Virus record (IMG/VR): IMGVR_UViG_3300001460_000018
Coordinates: 1-64,000 of that record
Source of the DNA: an uncultured virus (IMG/VR IMGVR_UViG_3300001460_000018)
Taxonomy: Duplodnaviria > Heunggongvirae > Uroviricota > Caudoviricetes
Direction: 5' to 3' (one strand)
DNA: 64,000 bases
Part shown: piece by piece, positions 29,905 through 38,853 of the stretch
Layout: the number at the start of each line of letters is the position of its first letter
How positions within the stretch are numbered: position 1 is the first letter of the stretch
Translations under genes and position numbers: made by a program
The notes under the pieces: model-generated
Databases searched by the model: none
Seen by the model: the letters and a program-made list of their open reading frames with translations, nothing else
Told to the model about the DNA's origin: nothing

Positions 29905-30492
29905 ATGAAAGGATATAGAGAGTTCTTAAATGAATCAAAAGAATCATATAATGATAAGGGTTTTTGGAATGGTGTTAGCAAGGAATTAGCTAAACAGCTT
30001 AAACCATATAAAGTAAAATTAGCTAAATTTAGAGTTGATAAGTATTCAAGAACAATTACATATGAATTCAAACAACGTGCAAACTCATTTATTTTAGAGA
30101 TAGCGCATGATTGGGGTAGAGATGGCAGTGAAGGTAAACCTGATACAACATTTACAGTTAATGTATCTGATGGAGAAACTTTTACTGAGGATTTAGGTAG
30201 ATTTGCAATATGGGATGAGCTTAATTATGTAGCTGAGGATATTATTAATGTAATGAAATCTATGGAAGGTGAGGAACTTGCTCAATGGATATTTGAATCT
30301 GTAGTTAATGAATCATGTGATGTACATAGCTCTTATGATGAAGACTGTGATGATTGTGTTGCAGGTGAAACTAATGAAAAAGAGTTTAAACCCCATATGA
30401 TGTATGATACTGAAACAGGAAAAGCATATAAAGCAGAAAAACCTGAAGATCATGAGAGAATGTCTAAGTTAGGATATACTCATAAAAAATAG
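29905..30492 (+). CDS. Putative capsid-targeted internal polyprotein (MKGYREFLNE)
   Basis: Junctions IFESVVNES and ETNE. Confidence 0.7.
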   Translation: MKGYREFLNESKESYNDKGFWNGVSKELAKQLKPYKVKLAKFRVDKYSRTITYEFKQRANSFILEIAHDWGRDGSEGKPDTTFTVNVSDGETFTEDLGRFAIWDELNYVAEDIINVMKSMEGEELAQWIFESVVNESCDVHSSYDEDCDDCVAGETNEKEFKPHMMYDTETGKAYKAEKPEDHERMSKLGYTHKK

Positions 30493-30518
30493 GTTAAAAA
30501 CAATTCTTAAATTATATT

Positions 30519-30548
30519 AGACGGGTGGCATTTGCTGCCCGTTTTTTT
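30519..30548 (+). terminator. Rho-independent terminator
   Basis: ACGGGTGGC-ATTT-GCTGCCCGT followed by a T run. Confidence 0.85.
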
Positions 30549-30576
30549 AAACATTTCTCCAAGTTATTTGATTTAA
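30548..30576 (+). promoter_or_regulatory. Putative middle promoter for the late sigma gene
   Basis: TAAACA-N16-GATTTAA. Confidence 0.5.
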
Positions 30577-30599
30577 TAATTATACCAAATACTCTAAAA

Positions 30600-31430
30600 A
30601 TGGCAAGAACAAGAAATTATGTAAACAATGTAGATCTTTTAGAAGAACTGTATTTGTCTATAGAACAAGAAAGCTTAACACGTAAAGGATTAGACATGTT
30701 AATGAAGCTTGCCCAAAGAACACAAAGAAAATTATATTACTCTTGCGATGATGATAAACAGCATTGCTTATCTGAAGCATACTTTGATTTAATTAAAAGA
30801 TGGACAAAATTTAATCCTTATTCTGTAAGATCTTTTGGCTTTGAATTAATTGACTATAAAGGAAGTGGTGGAAAAATAGAATTATCAAGTGAATCAAGAG
30901 ACATGAAATTTTATAAAGACCCTAGCAACAGAGAGTCAATTTTAAAATGTGAAACAGTTTCAGGAGTTGAAATAGGAATACGAAAAGATAAAAAAATTAG
31001 TTATTTAAAGATTACAGACTTAAATATTGATTGGACAGTAGCACGAGAAGGTTTCATTAAAGCTAACCCACACTTATTTAAAAAACCTGGATATAGGCTA
31101 CCACCTGAAATGCCAACAGTTTCTGAACTATTACTAAAAACATTTTCAAATAATCAAACAGGTATTTTTGATCCTTTAAAAACAAGAGTTAGAGTAAAGT
31201 ATAAAATACTTGGATTGCCTAAAGATGATATTAAATATTCTGAGTGTTGGGTTTATAAAACTAATGCAGTAGTAAAAGACCCTAATCCATTTTCATACTT
31301 TACATCAATATGTATCAATGGATATGCAAAAGGATTTAAAGAACTTCGACCTAAAAAAGATAAGGGTAAGTTTATTTCACTAGATGCAGGATTTAATAAT
31401 GATGATGGGACTGACTTATTTAATACATAA
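30600..31430 (+). CDS. Late sigma factor (T4 gp55-like) with a large insertion
   Basis: NYVNNVDLL...KFNP and NPFSYFTSICING; ATG 30600 preferred because GTG 30525 lies in a terminator. Confidence 0.8.
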   Translation: MARTRNYVNNVDLLEELYLSIEQESLTRKGLDMLMKLAQRTQRKLYYSCDDDKQHCLSEAYFDLIKRWTKFNPYSVRSFGFELIDYKGSGGKIELSSESRDMKFYKDPSNRESILKCETVSGVEIGIRKDKKISYLKITDLNIDWTVAREGFIKANPHLFKKPGYRLPPEMPTVSELLLKTFSNNQTGIFDPLKTRVRVKYKILGLPKDDIKYSECWVYKTNAVVKDPNPFSYFTSICINGYAKGFKELRPKKDKGKFISLDAGFNNDDGTDLFNT

Positions 31431-31445
31431 AAATAATTTTATGGG

Positions 31446-31916
31446 TTGTCAATAAAAAATTTAAAACCTAGAAAAGACGCCAAAACCAAACAAGGGTATT
31501 TTCCAATAAATGAATCTAAAAAATATTTTGGCAAAGGTCCTGTTATTTATAGAAGCTCATGGGAATATAGATTTTGTGTATGGGCTGAGAGAAATCCTAA
31601 CGTAACTAATTGGTCTAGTGAACCTGTAGGCATTAAGTACTTTGATACATACAATAATAGATATGCTACATACTATCCAGACTTTTTAATTGTATTAGAT
31701 ACAGGTAAACGTGTATTAATAGAGGTAAAGCCGCGCCAGCATCTTCTAAAACCTTCTCAACCAAAGAGAAAAACAAAAAAATCACTTAAGAGTTATTTAT
31801 ATAATCTAGAACAGTACACAAAAAATATGTGCAAATTTCAAGCTGCACTAAAATACTGCGAATCTAAAGGATGGAAGTTTAGAATAGCAGATGAGACTTG
31901 GTTTAAAAACGTATGA
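31446..31916 (+). CDS. Head completion nuclease (T4 gp4/TnsA-like)
   Basis: YRSSWE, WSSE, YYPDF, IEVKP. Confidence 0.9.
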   Translation: MSIKNLKPRKDAKTKQGYFPINESKKYFGKGPVIYRSSWEYRFCVWAERNPNVTNWSSEPVGIKYFDTYNNRYATYYPDFLIVLDTGKRVLIEVKPRQHLLKPSQPKRKTKKSLKSYLYNLEQYTKNMCKFQAALKYCESKGWKFRIADETWFKNV

Positions 31917-32524
31917 CACTCTTAACTGAAATTAAAAAAATCCAAAATCGTGTAGGTTTACGAAAAGCTAAATCAGATTCATATAGCTGGTATACAAGCG
32001 CTAAAAAATTTGAAAATTTATCTGTTGCACGTGCTCCTCAACAAAAAGGACATTTAGAACCTGGAAAGATACACATATTTACATATAATCCTAAAGGTAA
32101 AAAGATTTTAGATTATTATGATAAGAAGCCTATTGTTATAAGTTTAGGAACGATTAAAGAAGATAATGGCAATGTTTATGATTTAGCATTAAATCTTAAT
32201 TTTATTCCATATCCATATAAATGGTATATCTTAAACATGCTTACTCAACTATATGGAGAATTCTATAAATCACAGTCTACTGGGAGAAATGCAGGAAATG
32301 CACTATTACAAGCAAGAATTAAATATAAATATAACGTACTAAAAATACTTTTAACAAAATACGGATTTCCATTTGCAATAAGAAAGTATATACCAAGCAG
32401 AAAAAGTAGGGTATATGTTTGTAGTTATGAAACTTGGATTAATGTTGCATTCTTATCTATTGAGAATTTTGAAGGTATTGACTACGATGAAATGATTAAA
32501 AAATACAAAGCGTCAAAACTATAG
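31913..32524 (+). CDS. DNA end protector (T4 gp2-like)
   Basis: PGKIHIFTYNPKGK..LDYYDKKP, LNLNFIP, AIRKY. Confidence 0.8.
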   Translation: MTLLTEIKKIQNRVGLRKAKSDSYSWYTSAKKFENLSVARAPQQKGHLEPGKIHIFTYNPKGKKILDYYDKKPIVISLGTIKEDNGNVYDLALNLNFIPYPYKWYILNMLTQLYGEFYKSQSTGRNAGNALLQARIKYKYNVLKILLTKYGFPFAIRKYIPSRKSRVYVCSYETWINVAFLSIENFEGIDYDEMIKKYKASKL

Positions 32525-32527
32525 AAG

Positions 32528-34174
32528 ATGGCAAGTATATATAAAAGCTTAAAAACAATAAAAACTGGAGGGAGTACATTTAACTCACCTTCACTAAGAA
32601 ATCTTGCAGGGAAAGGATTTGATTATAAGGATTCTGTTATACTAAACTCTGAGGCTATTGGTAGTTTAGAAAATGAATTAGGATGGCAACAAAACAATTC
32701 ACTTCTTCGATACGGCCAAGATAATGTTGACTTAAATGATCTTTATAATTTTGCAGCTGCAGATGTTTATAGCAAAAAGAACATTCCATTTTTTGACCAG
32801 GAATATCCTGCTAAAAGAGATCAGTTAAGAAAATATAGTTTACAAGATGAAATTGAACAAATTTTAGATATTCTTGTAGATGAACTAATTGTGTATGACA
32901 CAAAGAAATACTTTGCTAATATTAAATGGGAAGAAGATCTTAATATAAAAAAATCAGAAAGAAAACGAATTAATGAAACGCTATCTTCTAATTTTAGAAA
33001 GATGTATAGAATGTTCGGCTTTAAGAATGAAAATACTGCATGGCATTATGGTAAAAAATATGCAGTAGATGGTTACCTATCATTTGAAATTATTTGGGAT
33101 AGATCTAATAAGAATATTATTGGATTTAAAGAACTTGATCCAATTTCACTAACACCTAAAGTGTTTAAAGATGGTACAAGAGGTTGGATCCAATATGATA
33201 ATGATCCTATTAAAGCTAGAGAACTTAATGATTCCCAGGTTATTTTATTATCATATTCTGCAATTAATAGCGAAGGTAGAATTTCATATGCTGAAAGGCT
33301 TGTAAGATCATTTAATCTTTTAAGAATCATGGAACAGTCAAGAATTATTTGGTCTGTTGTAAATTCTTCATATAAAACTAAATTTATTATACCTGTAGCA
33401 GGTAAATCTAAAAACATTGCAAAGCAAACAGTATCTAACTTAATGCAAGCATATAGAGAAAACATTAATTTTGATACAGATAGCGGTGAATTAGAAGTTA
33501 ATGGTAAACCAATGTTACCGTTCAATAAAGAATATTGGGTTCCTGAAGGTGATAGTGGAACTCCACAGATTGAAACCATTGGCGGTGAAGGTCCTGATTT
33601 ATCAGACACAGGTCAATTAGAATACTTTAGAGATAAATTAATATCAGTTTCTAAATTACCTAAAAACCGATTTATTAAAGATGAATCTCCTACATGGGAA
33701 TCTTCACCTGAAGGATATACCAGAGAAGAAATATATTTTGAGCGGTTTTTAAGTAGAATACGAGCACAATTTCAAGAAATTTTAGTCAAGCCTACTATAT
33801 TACAAACTAAAGTAGATATTATAGAACTTAAAGATGACCCAAGCTTTGATGCTGATGTTTATTTAGATTGGTCTAAATATGATGTATTTGAAGAAATTAA
33901 AGAAATGGAAATGTTTAAAGCAAGAATTGATGTTATATCATCTGCTAAAGATTCATTAGTTGACTTTGATGAAGAAGGTAATGAAGTTAGATACTTCTCT
34001 AATGAATACCTTGTTAAAAAGTATTTAAAAATGACAGAAGATGAAATCCGCCTTAATGAGCAATTAAAGACTAAAGAAGATGAAGAAATAAATACAAATA
34101 ATAAAGAAGGTGACGAAGGTGAAGATAGCGAAAAAGATAGTAAACCTGATACAGATTTGGATTTAGGCTTCTAA
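32528..34174 (+). CDS. Portal protein (T4 gp20-like)
   Basis: YAVDG, ELDP, FNLLRIMEQ, EYWVP, TQ/PQIETIGG, REEIYF. Confidence 0.92.
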   Translation: MASIYKSLKTIKTGGSTFNSPSLRNLAGKGFDYKDSVILNSEAIGSLENELGWQQNNSLLRYGQDNVDLNDLYNFAAADVYSKKNIPFFDQEYPAKRDQLRKYSLQDEIEQILDILVDELIVYDTKKYFANIKWEEDLNIKKSERKRINETLSSNFRKMYRMFGFKNENTAWHYGKKYAVDGYLSFEIIWDRSNKNIIGFKELDPISLTPKVFKDGTRGWIQYDNDPIKARELNDSQVILLSYSAINSEGRISYAERLVRSFNLLRIMEQSRIIWSVVNSSYKTKFIIPVAGKSKNIAKQTVSNLMQAYRENINFDTDSGELEVNGKPMLPFNKEYWVPEGDSGTPQIETIGGEGPDLSDTGQLEYFRDKLISVSKLPKNRFIKDESPTWESSPEGYTREEIYFERFLSRIRAQFQEILVKPTILQTKVDIIELKDDPSFDADVYLDWSKYDVFEEIKEMEMFKARIDVISSAKDSLVDFDEEGNEVRYFSNEYLVKKYLKMTEDEIRLNEQLKTKEDEEINTNNKEGDEGEDSEKDSKPDTDLDLGF

Positions 34175-34234
34175 GAAGTTAACACAACTTAAATAAATAA
34201 ATAAATAAAACAAATAAAATAAAATTCTATAAAA

Positions 34235-35869
34235 ATGAAAGAATTATTATTAGTAGAAAAATCATCAACCAGTATTGGGAAAACATCTGATCCTTATACA
34301 CTTGAGGGTATGTTTACTGAGTTAGGTGAAGAAAATAGAAATGGTCGAATTTATACTAAGGATGGTTTTTTACCTCACTTAACACAATTACAAAAGGTAG
34401 TTGAGCAAGGTAAAGCTGTAGGTGAATTAGATCACCCTAAGGTTTTTGAAACAAGCTTAAAAAATTCTTCTCATGTTATAGAGAAAATTTGGTTTGATGA
34501 AAAAGATAATAAAGTATACGGTAGAATAAAGTTACTTGATACAGATGCAGGAAAAAATGCAAAGGCATTAGTTGATGCAGGAGTACCTCTTCATATATCA
34601 TCAAGAGCTGCAGGTACAGTAACTGAAGATAAGTCTGTAAAGATTCATAAATTATTTACATATGATTTAGTTGCAGACCCTGGATTTGAAAATGCAGTAT
34701 TAAATACAGTTAACGAATCTTATGGTATTGAAAATGCAAAATCTTCAAACTTTTTTATGTATGAAGTTGCAGAATCTAAATTATCTAAGAAGCCTGTAAT
34801 AGATAACCAGAAGTTTATATCTGAAGATGATCTTAACGGATTTACAAAATACACTAAAGAAACTATTGATTCTCTTAAAGAAAACCTTGATAAATTACAG
34901 AAAGCACAAAATGCAATTATTAAGCAAAATGATGAAATTGCTGATAATATCAATAGTAATGTATTACAGGAATCTATAAATTTAATTAATGATAAGATTA
35001 AAGGTATTGAGGATTGGTCTAATCATGTAGTTGAAGAGTTCACTACAATTAAATCAGAATCTGATAGAATTAAAGTTCTTGAAGATAAACTAACAGGAAT
35101 CGAAAATTGGTCTGAGCATGTTACTGAAACTGTATCAGGAATCGAAAATTGGTCTGAGCATGTTACTGAAACTGTATCAGGAATCGAAGATTGGTCTGAA
35201 CATGTTACTGAAACTGTTACTGCAATCGAAGATTGGTCCGATGAAGCAACTACTACAGTATCAGGAATCGAAAATTGGTCTGAGCATGTTACTGAAACTG
35301 TATCAGGAATCGAAGATTGGTCTGAACATGTTACTGAAACTGTTACTGGGATTGAGAAGTGGTCTGATGAAGCAACTGATGTTGTAACAAAATTAGAAGA
35401 AGGCGCACTTACAGAAAATCCAATAAAACGTAAAAAGAAAGTTGATGTTTCTTTATCTGAAACATATATAACTGGATTATATAAAAAAATTGATTCTATT
35501 ATCGATGATGCTAAGAAGCAAAAAGCTGAAGAGAAACAAGAATTAGTAAAAGAGGAAAATGAGTTTAATAAAACTGAGGAACCTTTCTGGAAATCAATGA
35601 TGCCAGGAAAATACACAGAATTATGGGAAGCATTATCTGAATCTAAAAAATCATCAATTGTTAAAAGAGCTACAATTTGTGAATTTCTAACTGAAAGTTC
35701 TGTTACAGAATTTTGGAATGCAACATTTGCTAACACTACAATTGAAATGATTAAAGAATCTTCAAAGATGCCAGTGCAAAAAACTGCTGAGGAAGTAGAA
35801 AATGCAATAGCAGCTAGAAGACTAAGAATTGTTGAAGGCTATAATAAAAACTTCAAAACAAATCATTAA
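34235..35869 (+). CDS. Prohead protease (gp21-like) fused to a coiled-coil scaffold (gp22-like)
   Basis: NRNGRIY, GELDHP, ISSRAAG, TYDLVADPGF; long acidic C-terminal region with repeats. Confidence 0.9.
   Translation: MKELLLVEKSSTSIGKTSDPYTLEGMFTELGEENRNGRIYTKDGFLPHLTQLQKVVEQGKAVGELDHPKVFETSLKNSSHVIEKIWFDEKDNKVYGRIKLLDTDAGKNAKALVDAGVPLHISSRAAGTVTEDKSVKIHKLFTYDLVADPGFENAVLNTVNESYGIENAKSSNFFMYEVAESKLSKKPVIDNQKFISEDDLNGFTKYTKETIDSLKENLDKLQKAQNAIIKQNDEIADNINSNVLQESINLINDKIKGIEDWSNHVVEEFTTIKSESDRIKVLEDKLTGIENWSEHVTETVSGIENWSEHVTETVSGIEDWSEHVTETVTAIEDWSDEATTTVSGIENWSEHVTETVSGIEDWSEHVTETVTGIEKWSDEATDVVTKLEEGALTENPIKRKKKVDVSLSETYITGLYKKIDSIIDDAKKQKAEEKQELVKEENEFNKTEEPFWKSMMPGKYTELWEALSESKKSSIVKRATICEFLTESSVTEFWNATFANTTIEMIKESSKMPVQKTAEEVENAIAARRLRIVEGYNKNFKTNH
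35095..35388 (+). repeat. 7 x 42-bp in-frame tandem repeat (GIENWSEHVTETVS)
   Basis: Units read directly, pattern A-A-B-C-A-B-C'. Confidence 0.95.
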
Positions 35870-35886
35870 AAAAAATTAACAAAAAA

Positions 35887-37572
35887 ATGTTAAACGAGTC
35901 AAAATTGATGCAAACTTGGAAGCCAGTTGTAGAATCAACTGTTGGAGAAGTACCTGCACACAAACTTGGATGGATGTCTAAAGCATTGCAAATCCAAGAG
36001 AACTACGAAGCTCAGAGAGCTAGCAGTTCATTAAATGAAAATAACTTTTTCGCACATAAAGCATCTGTAAATGGTATGGGTGCTGTATCATTACCTGAAA
36101 ATCCTGGTAATGGATGGAGTACTGGTGATACAGGTTCAGGTGATGTTCCTTATTCATTACTTCCATTAGCAATTCAAGTTGCTGCACAAACTATTGGATT
36201 GGAATTAGTACCTGTTATCCCAATGAACGGTCCTGTTGGAATGCTTTCTTACATGGATTTTGTTTATGCTGGTGGTAAAGCTGGTTATGTTCCACAAAAT
36301 TCACTATATCCTGCAGGAACTGCTGGAGATGGTAAAAATTCTCCAATTTTCATTAAAGCTAAACTTGATGTTTATACAGGTGTAGCTGCTAACACTGCAT
36401 ATACTATTCCTGCTGGAACAGGTACAGGTACTTTATCTGTTACATTCTTAGGTCAGTCTAGAATTGATGGATTTGCAATTTTCAAATTGCCAGAAGTATT
36501 GGTTGATTCAGCTGGTGTAAATTACTCAGTTGCTGATGCTATTCCTGCTAACACTGCTGTTGGTGGAACTGCAATTGCTGTTACTGGTGCAAGTGCTACA
36601 ACAAAGATTATTTCTAAAGCAGAATTAGTAAAAGGTGTAGAAGATCATATTCAAGGATTCTCAAGTAACCGATATGATTCAACTGATGCAATGTCAAGAT
36701 TAGAAGGAGAAACTACTCCAGATAATACAATGAACATTACATTATTCAGTAAATCTGTTGAGGCTAAAACTGTTCAAGCTGCTGCAGCTGTAACAAGAGA
36801 GCAAGTTCAGGATTTAAAGCAGTTTGGTATTGATGCTGTTGCTCAAGTAAACCAAATCTTAGCAAATGAATTAACTCAAAACGTGAATAAGGATATCTTA
36901 GGAAACATTTTTGACCTAGGTAAAATTAATCACGCTAACATCACTGCAACATCTGGTGTATCACTTCACTTAGTATTAGGTGCTACTGCTGCAACATTAA
37001 CTGTAGGTACAGAAGCTCAGGTTTCAACTCCATCATTTATGTATTTTGGCGCAGGTACTTCAGTTACTCAAGTTGATGCAGTTAACACAGGTGCTGAAAA
37101 CCTTTCAACTAGACAGAGAAGATTGATGTCAAGAATTCTTGCTGCATCAAATATGGTTTCTGTTAGAGGAAGAAGAGGACCTGCTACGTTTGCAGTATGT
37201 TCTGCTCAAACTGCTTCAGGTTTACAAGACTGTGCTGGATTTATTGCTGCACCAATCGCTAATACAATAAACCAAGTTGCTGGCGCACTTTACCCAATTG
37301 GTAATCTTGCTGGTCTTGCTATCTATGTTGATCCTAACATGGAATGGGGAGATACAAGAATTGCTATTGGTAGAAAAGGTGATGGTCAAACTCCTGGTTT
37401 AGTATTCATGCCTTATATTATGGCTGATACTGTTGAGACAATTGCTGAAGGTACTATGGCTCCAAAAATTGCTATCAAATCTAGATATGCATTAGTTAGA
37501 GCAGGTCACCACCCAGAAACAATGTACTTAACATTCGGAGTTTCCGATTTAGTTGATGGATACTGGGCATAA
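35887..37572 (+). CDS. Major capsid protein (T4 gp23-like)
   Basis: VPVIPMNGPVG, QDLKQFGIDA, LANELTQNVN, YVDP, FMPY, KSRYAL; propeptide ends at SLNE. Confidence 0.93.
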   Translation: MLNESKLMQTWKPVVESTVGEVPAHKLGWMSKALQIQENYEAQRASSSLNENNFFAHKASVNGMGAVSLPENPGNGWSTGDTGSGDVPYSLLPLAIQVAAQTIGLELVPVIPMNGPVGMLSYMDFVYAGGKAGYVPQNSLYPAGTAGDGKNSPIFIKAKLDVYTGVAANTAYTIPAGTGTGTLSVTFLGQSRIDGFAIFKLPEVLVDSAGVNYSVADAIPANTAVGGTAIAVTGASATTKIISKAELVKGVEDHIQGFSSNRYDSTDAMSRLEGETTPDNTMNITLFSKSVEAKTVQAAAAVTREQVQDLKQFGIDAVAQVNQILANELTQNVNKDILGNIFDLGKINHANITATSGVSLHLVLGATAATLTVGTEAQVSTPSFMYFGAGTSVTQVDAVNTGAENLSTRQRRLMSRILAASNMVSVRGRRGPATFAVCSAQTASGLQDCAGFIAAPIANTINQVAGALYPIGNLAGLAIYVDPNMEWGDTRIAIGRKGDGQTPGLVFMPYIMADTVETIAEGTMAPKIAIKSRYALVRAGHHPETMYLTFGVSDLVDGYWA

Positions 37573-37606
37573 TCCTTAAAGGATTAACCCTTAGATCATA
37601 ATTTAT

Positions 37607-37638
37607 AAAACGCTAGGATTTTTTCCTAGCGTTTTTTT
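37607..37638 (+). terminator. Rho-independent terminator after the major capsid gene
   Basis: AAAACGCTAGGA...TCCTAGCGTTTTTTT. Confidence 0.9.
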
Positions 37639-37675
37639 ATGCATATATAATTAATAAATATTAAAATCAATAATT

Positions 37676-38383
37676 ATGTCACACTCAAATAAAAGCATAA
37701 CACAAGTTCATCCAAAAAAGAAAAGAAAGAGTCCTATTAAGTTTGATATTACTCTTACTCAAGAACAAAAGGAAGCTAAAGCTATAATGCTAACATCTAC
37801 GTGTTCAATATTAAATGGTAGTCCAGGGACTTCAAAGTCTACACTATCAATGAATGTTGCTTTAGATTTATTATTTAGAGGGGAAATCCAAAAAATATAT
37901 TGCACAAGACCGCCTGTAGAATTATCTCAGTTTGCTAAATTTGGTGCTATCCCTGGAACTGAAAAGGATAAAAACGCAGTTTATATGCAACCATTCTTAG
38001 ATGCTATTAAAGCAAATTATAGTAACGGTGCTTCTAAACTAAATAGAATTAATAAAGCTATTGATGAGGAAGAGATAGTGTTTTTACCTATGCCTTATTT
38101 AAGAGGAAGGAATTTAGGTGATTCTATGGAAACTGCAGTAGTTCTTGTAGATGAAGGACAATCATGCGATCCTCATACTATGTATGCCTTATTAACTAGG
38201 CTAGGAGAAGGTTCTAAAATGTTTATTACTATGGATATTAAACAAGCTGATCATAAAGGTAAATCAGGCGGTGAACGGTTATTTGAAATAGTAGATAAGA
38301 TAGAGGGATTAGAGCATATAGAGTTATTTCAGAATTATAGAAGTAAATTTGTTCAATTAATTAATAAATACTGGTGGGATTAA
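37676..38383 (+). CDS. phoH: PhoH-family ATPase
   Basis: GSPGTSKS, TRP, YLRGRN, DEGQ, LLTRLGEGSK. Confidence 0.88.
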   Translation: MSHSNKSITQVHPKKKRKSPIKFDITLTQEQKEAKAIMLTSTCSILNGSPGTSKSTLSMNVALDLLFRGEIQKIYCTRPPVELSQFAKFGAIPGTEKDKNAVYMQPFLDAIKANYSNGASKLNRINKAIDEEEIVFLPMPYLRGRNLGDSMETAVVLVDEGQSCDPHTMYALLTRLGEGSKMFITMDIKQADHKGKSGGERLFEIVDKIEGLEHIELFQNYRSKFVQLINKYWWD

Positions 38384-38397
38384 AATAAAACATTACA

Positions 38398-38853
38398 ATG
38401 TTAGATATATTCATAATAATAATATTCACAATACTTATTGGTTTTATAAATGCGTTAAAAGATAGTAGCGCATTAGGCAGATTTAAGAAGAATTGGTGGA
38501 ATAAGAGTAGTAGTTGGAAAATGAAATGGAAAATAGATAAAACAGTGTATTTAGATAAAACATCATATTCAAATAAGATGCCATTACCTAACTATAAAAA
38601 ACCTTGGTATTATTTAGGAATGCATAAACCTATGTACATAGAAAGGTTTCCATATAGCTCAACTATATTAGTCAGCTTTACAGATGGTTGGCACCTACTG
38701 CAAAATATTCAATTCAGTTTAATATTCCTAGCAAAATCAATTTTATTATTTGATAGCTTATTAAATATAGTAATATCATTTGTAACAATGAAAACTATTT
38801 TTTCAATTACATTTGAATTAGTTTATAGAAAAATACAAAATAGAAAATCATGA
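38398..38853 (+). CDS. Hypothetical membrane protein
   Basis: Hydrophobic N-terminal and C-terminal segments; FTDGWHL. Confidence 0.6.
   Translation: MLDIFIIIIFTILIGFINALKDSSALGRFKKNWWNKSSSWKMKWKIDKTVYLDKTSYSNKMPLPNYKKPWYYLGMHKPMYIERFPYSSTILVSFTDGWHLLQNIQFSLIFLAKSILLFDSLLNIVISFVTMKTIFSITFELVYRKIQNRKS

Noticed and set aside
30525..30599. Upstream extensions in the ORF track (30525, 461, 10434)
   Set aside because: They overlap a terminator or the previous gene; downstream ATGs give family-like N-termini
35095..35388. Regular repeats resembling a CRISPR array
   Set aside because: Contiguous in-frame 42-bp coding units with no unique spacers and no cas genes
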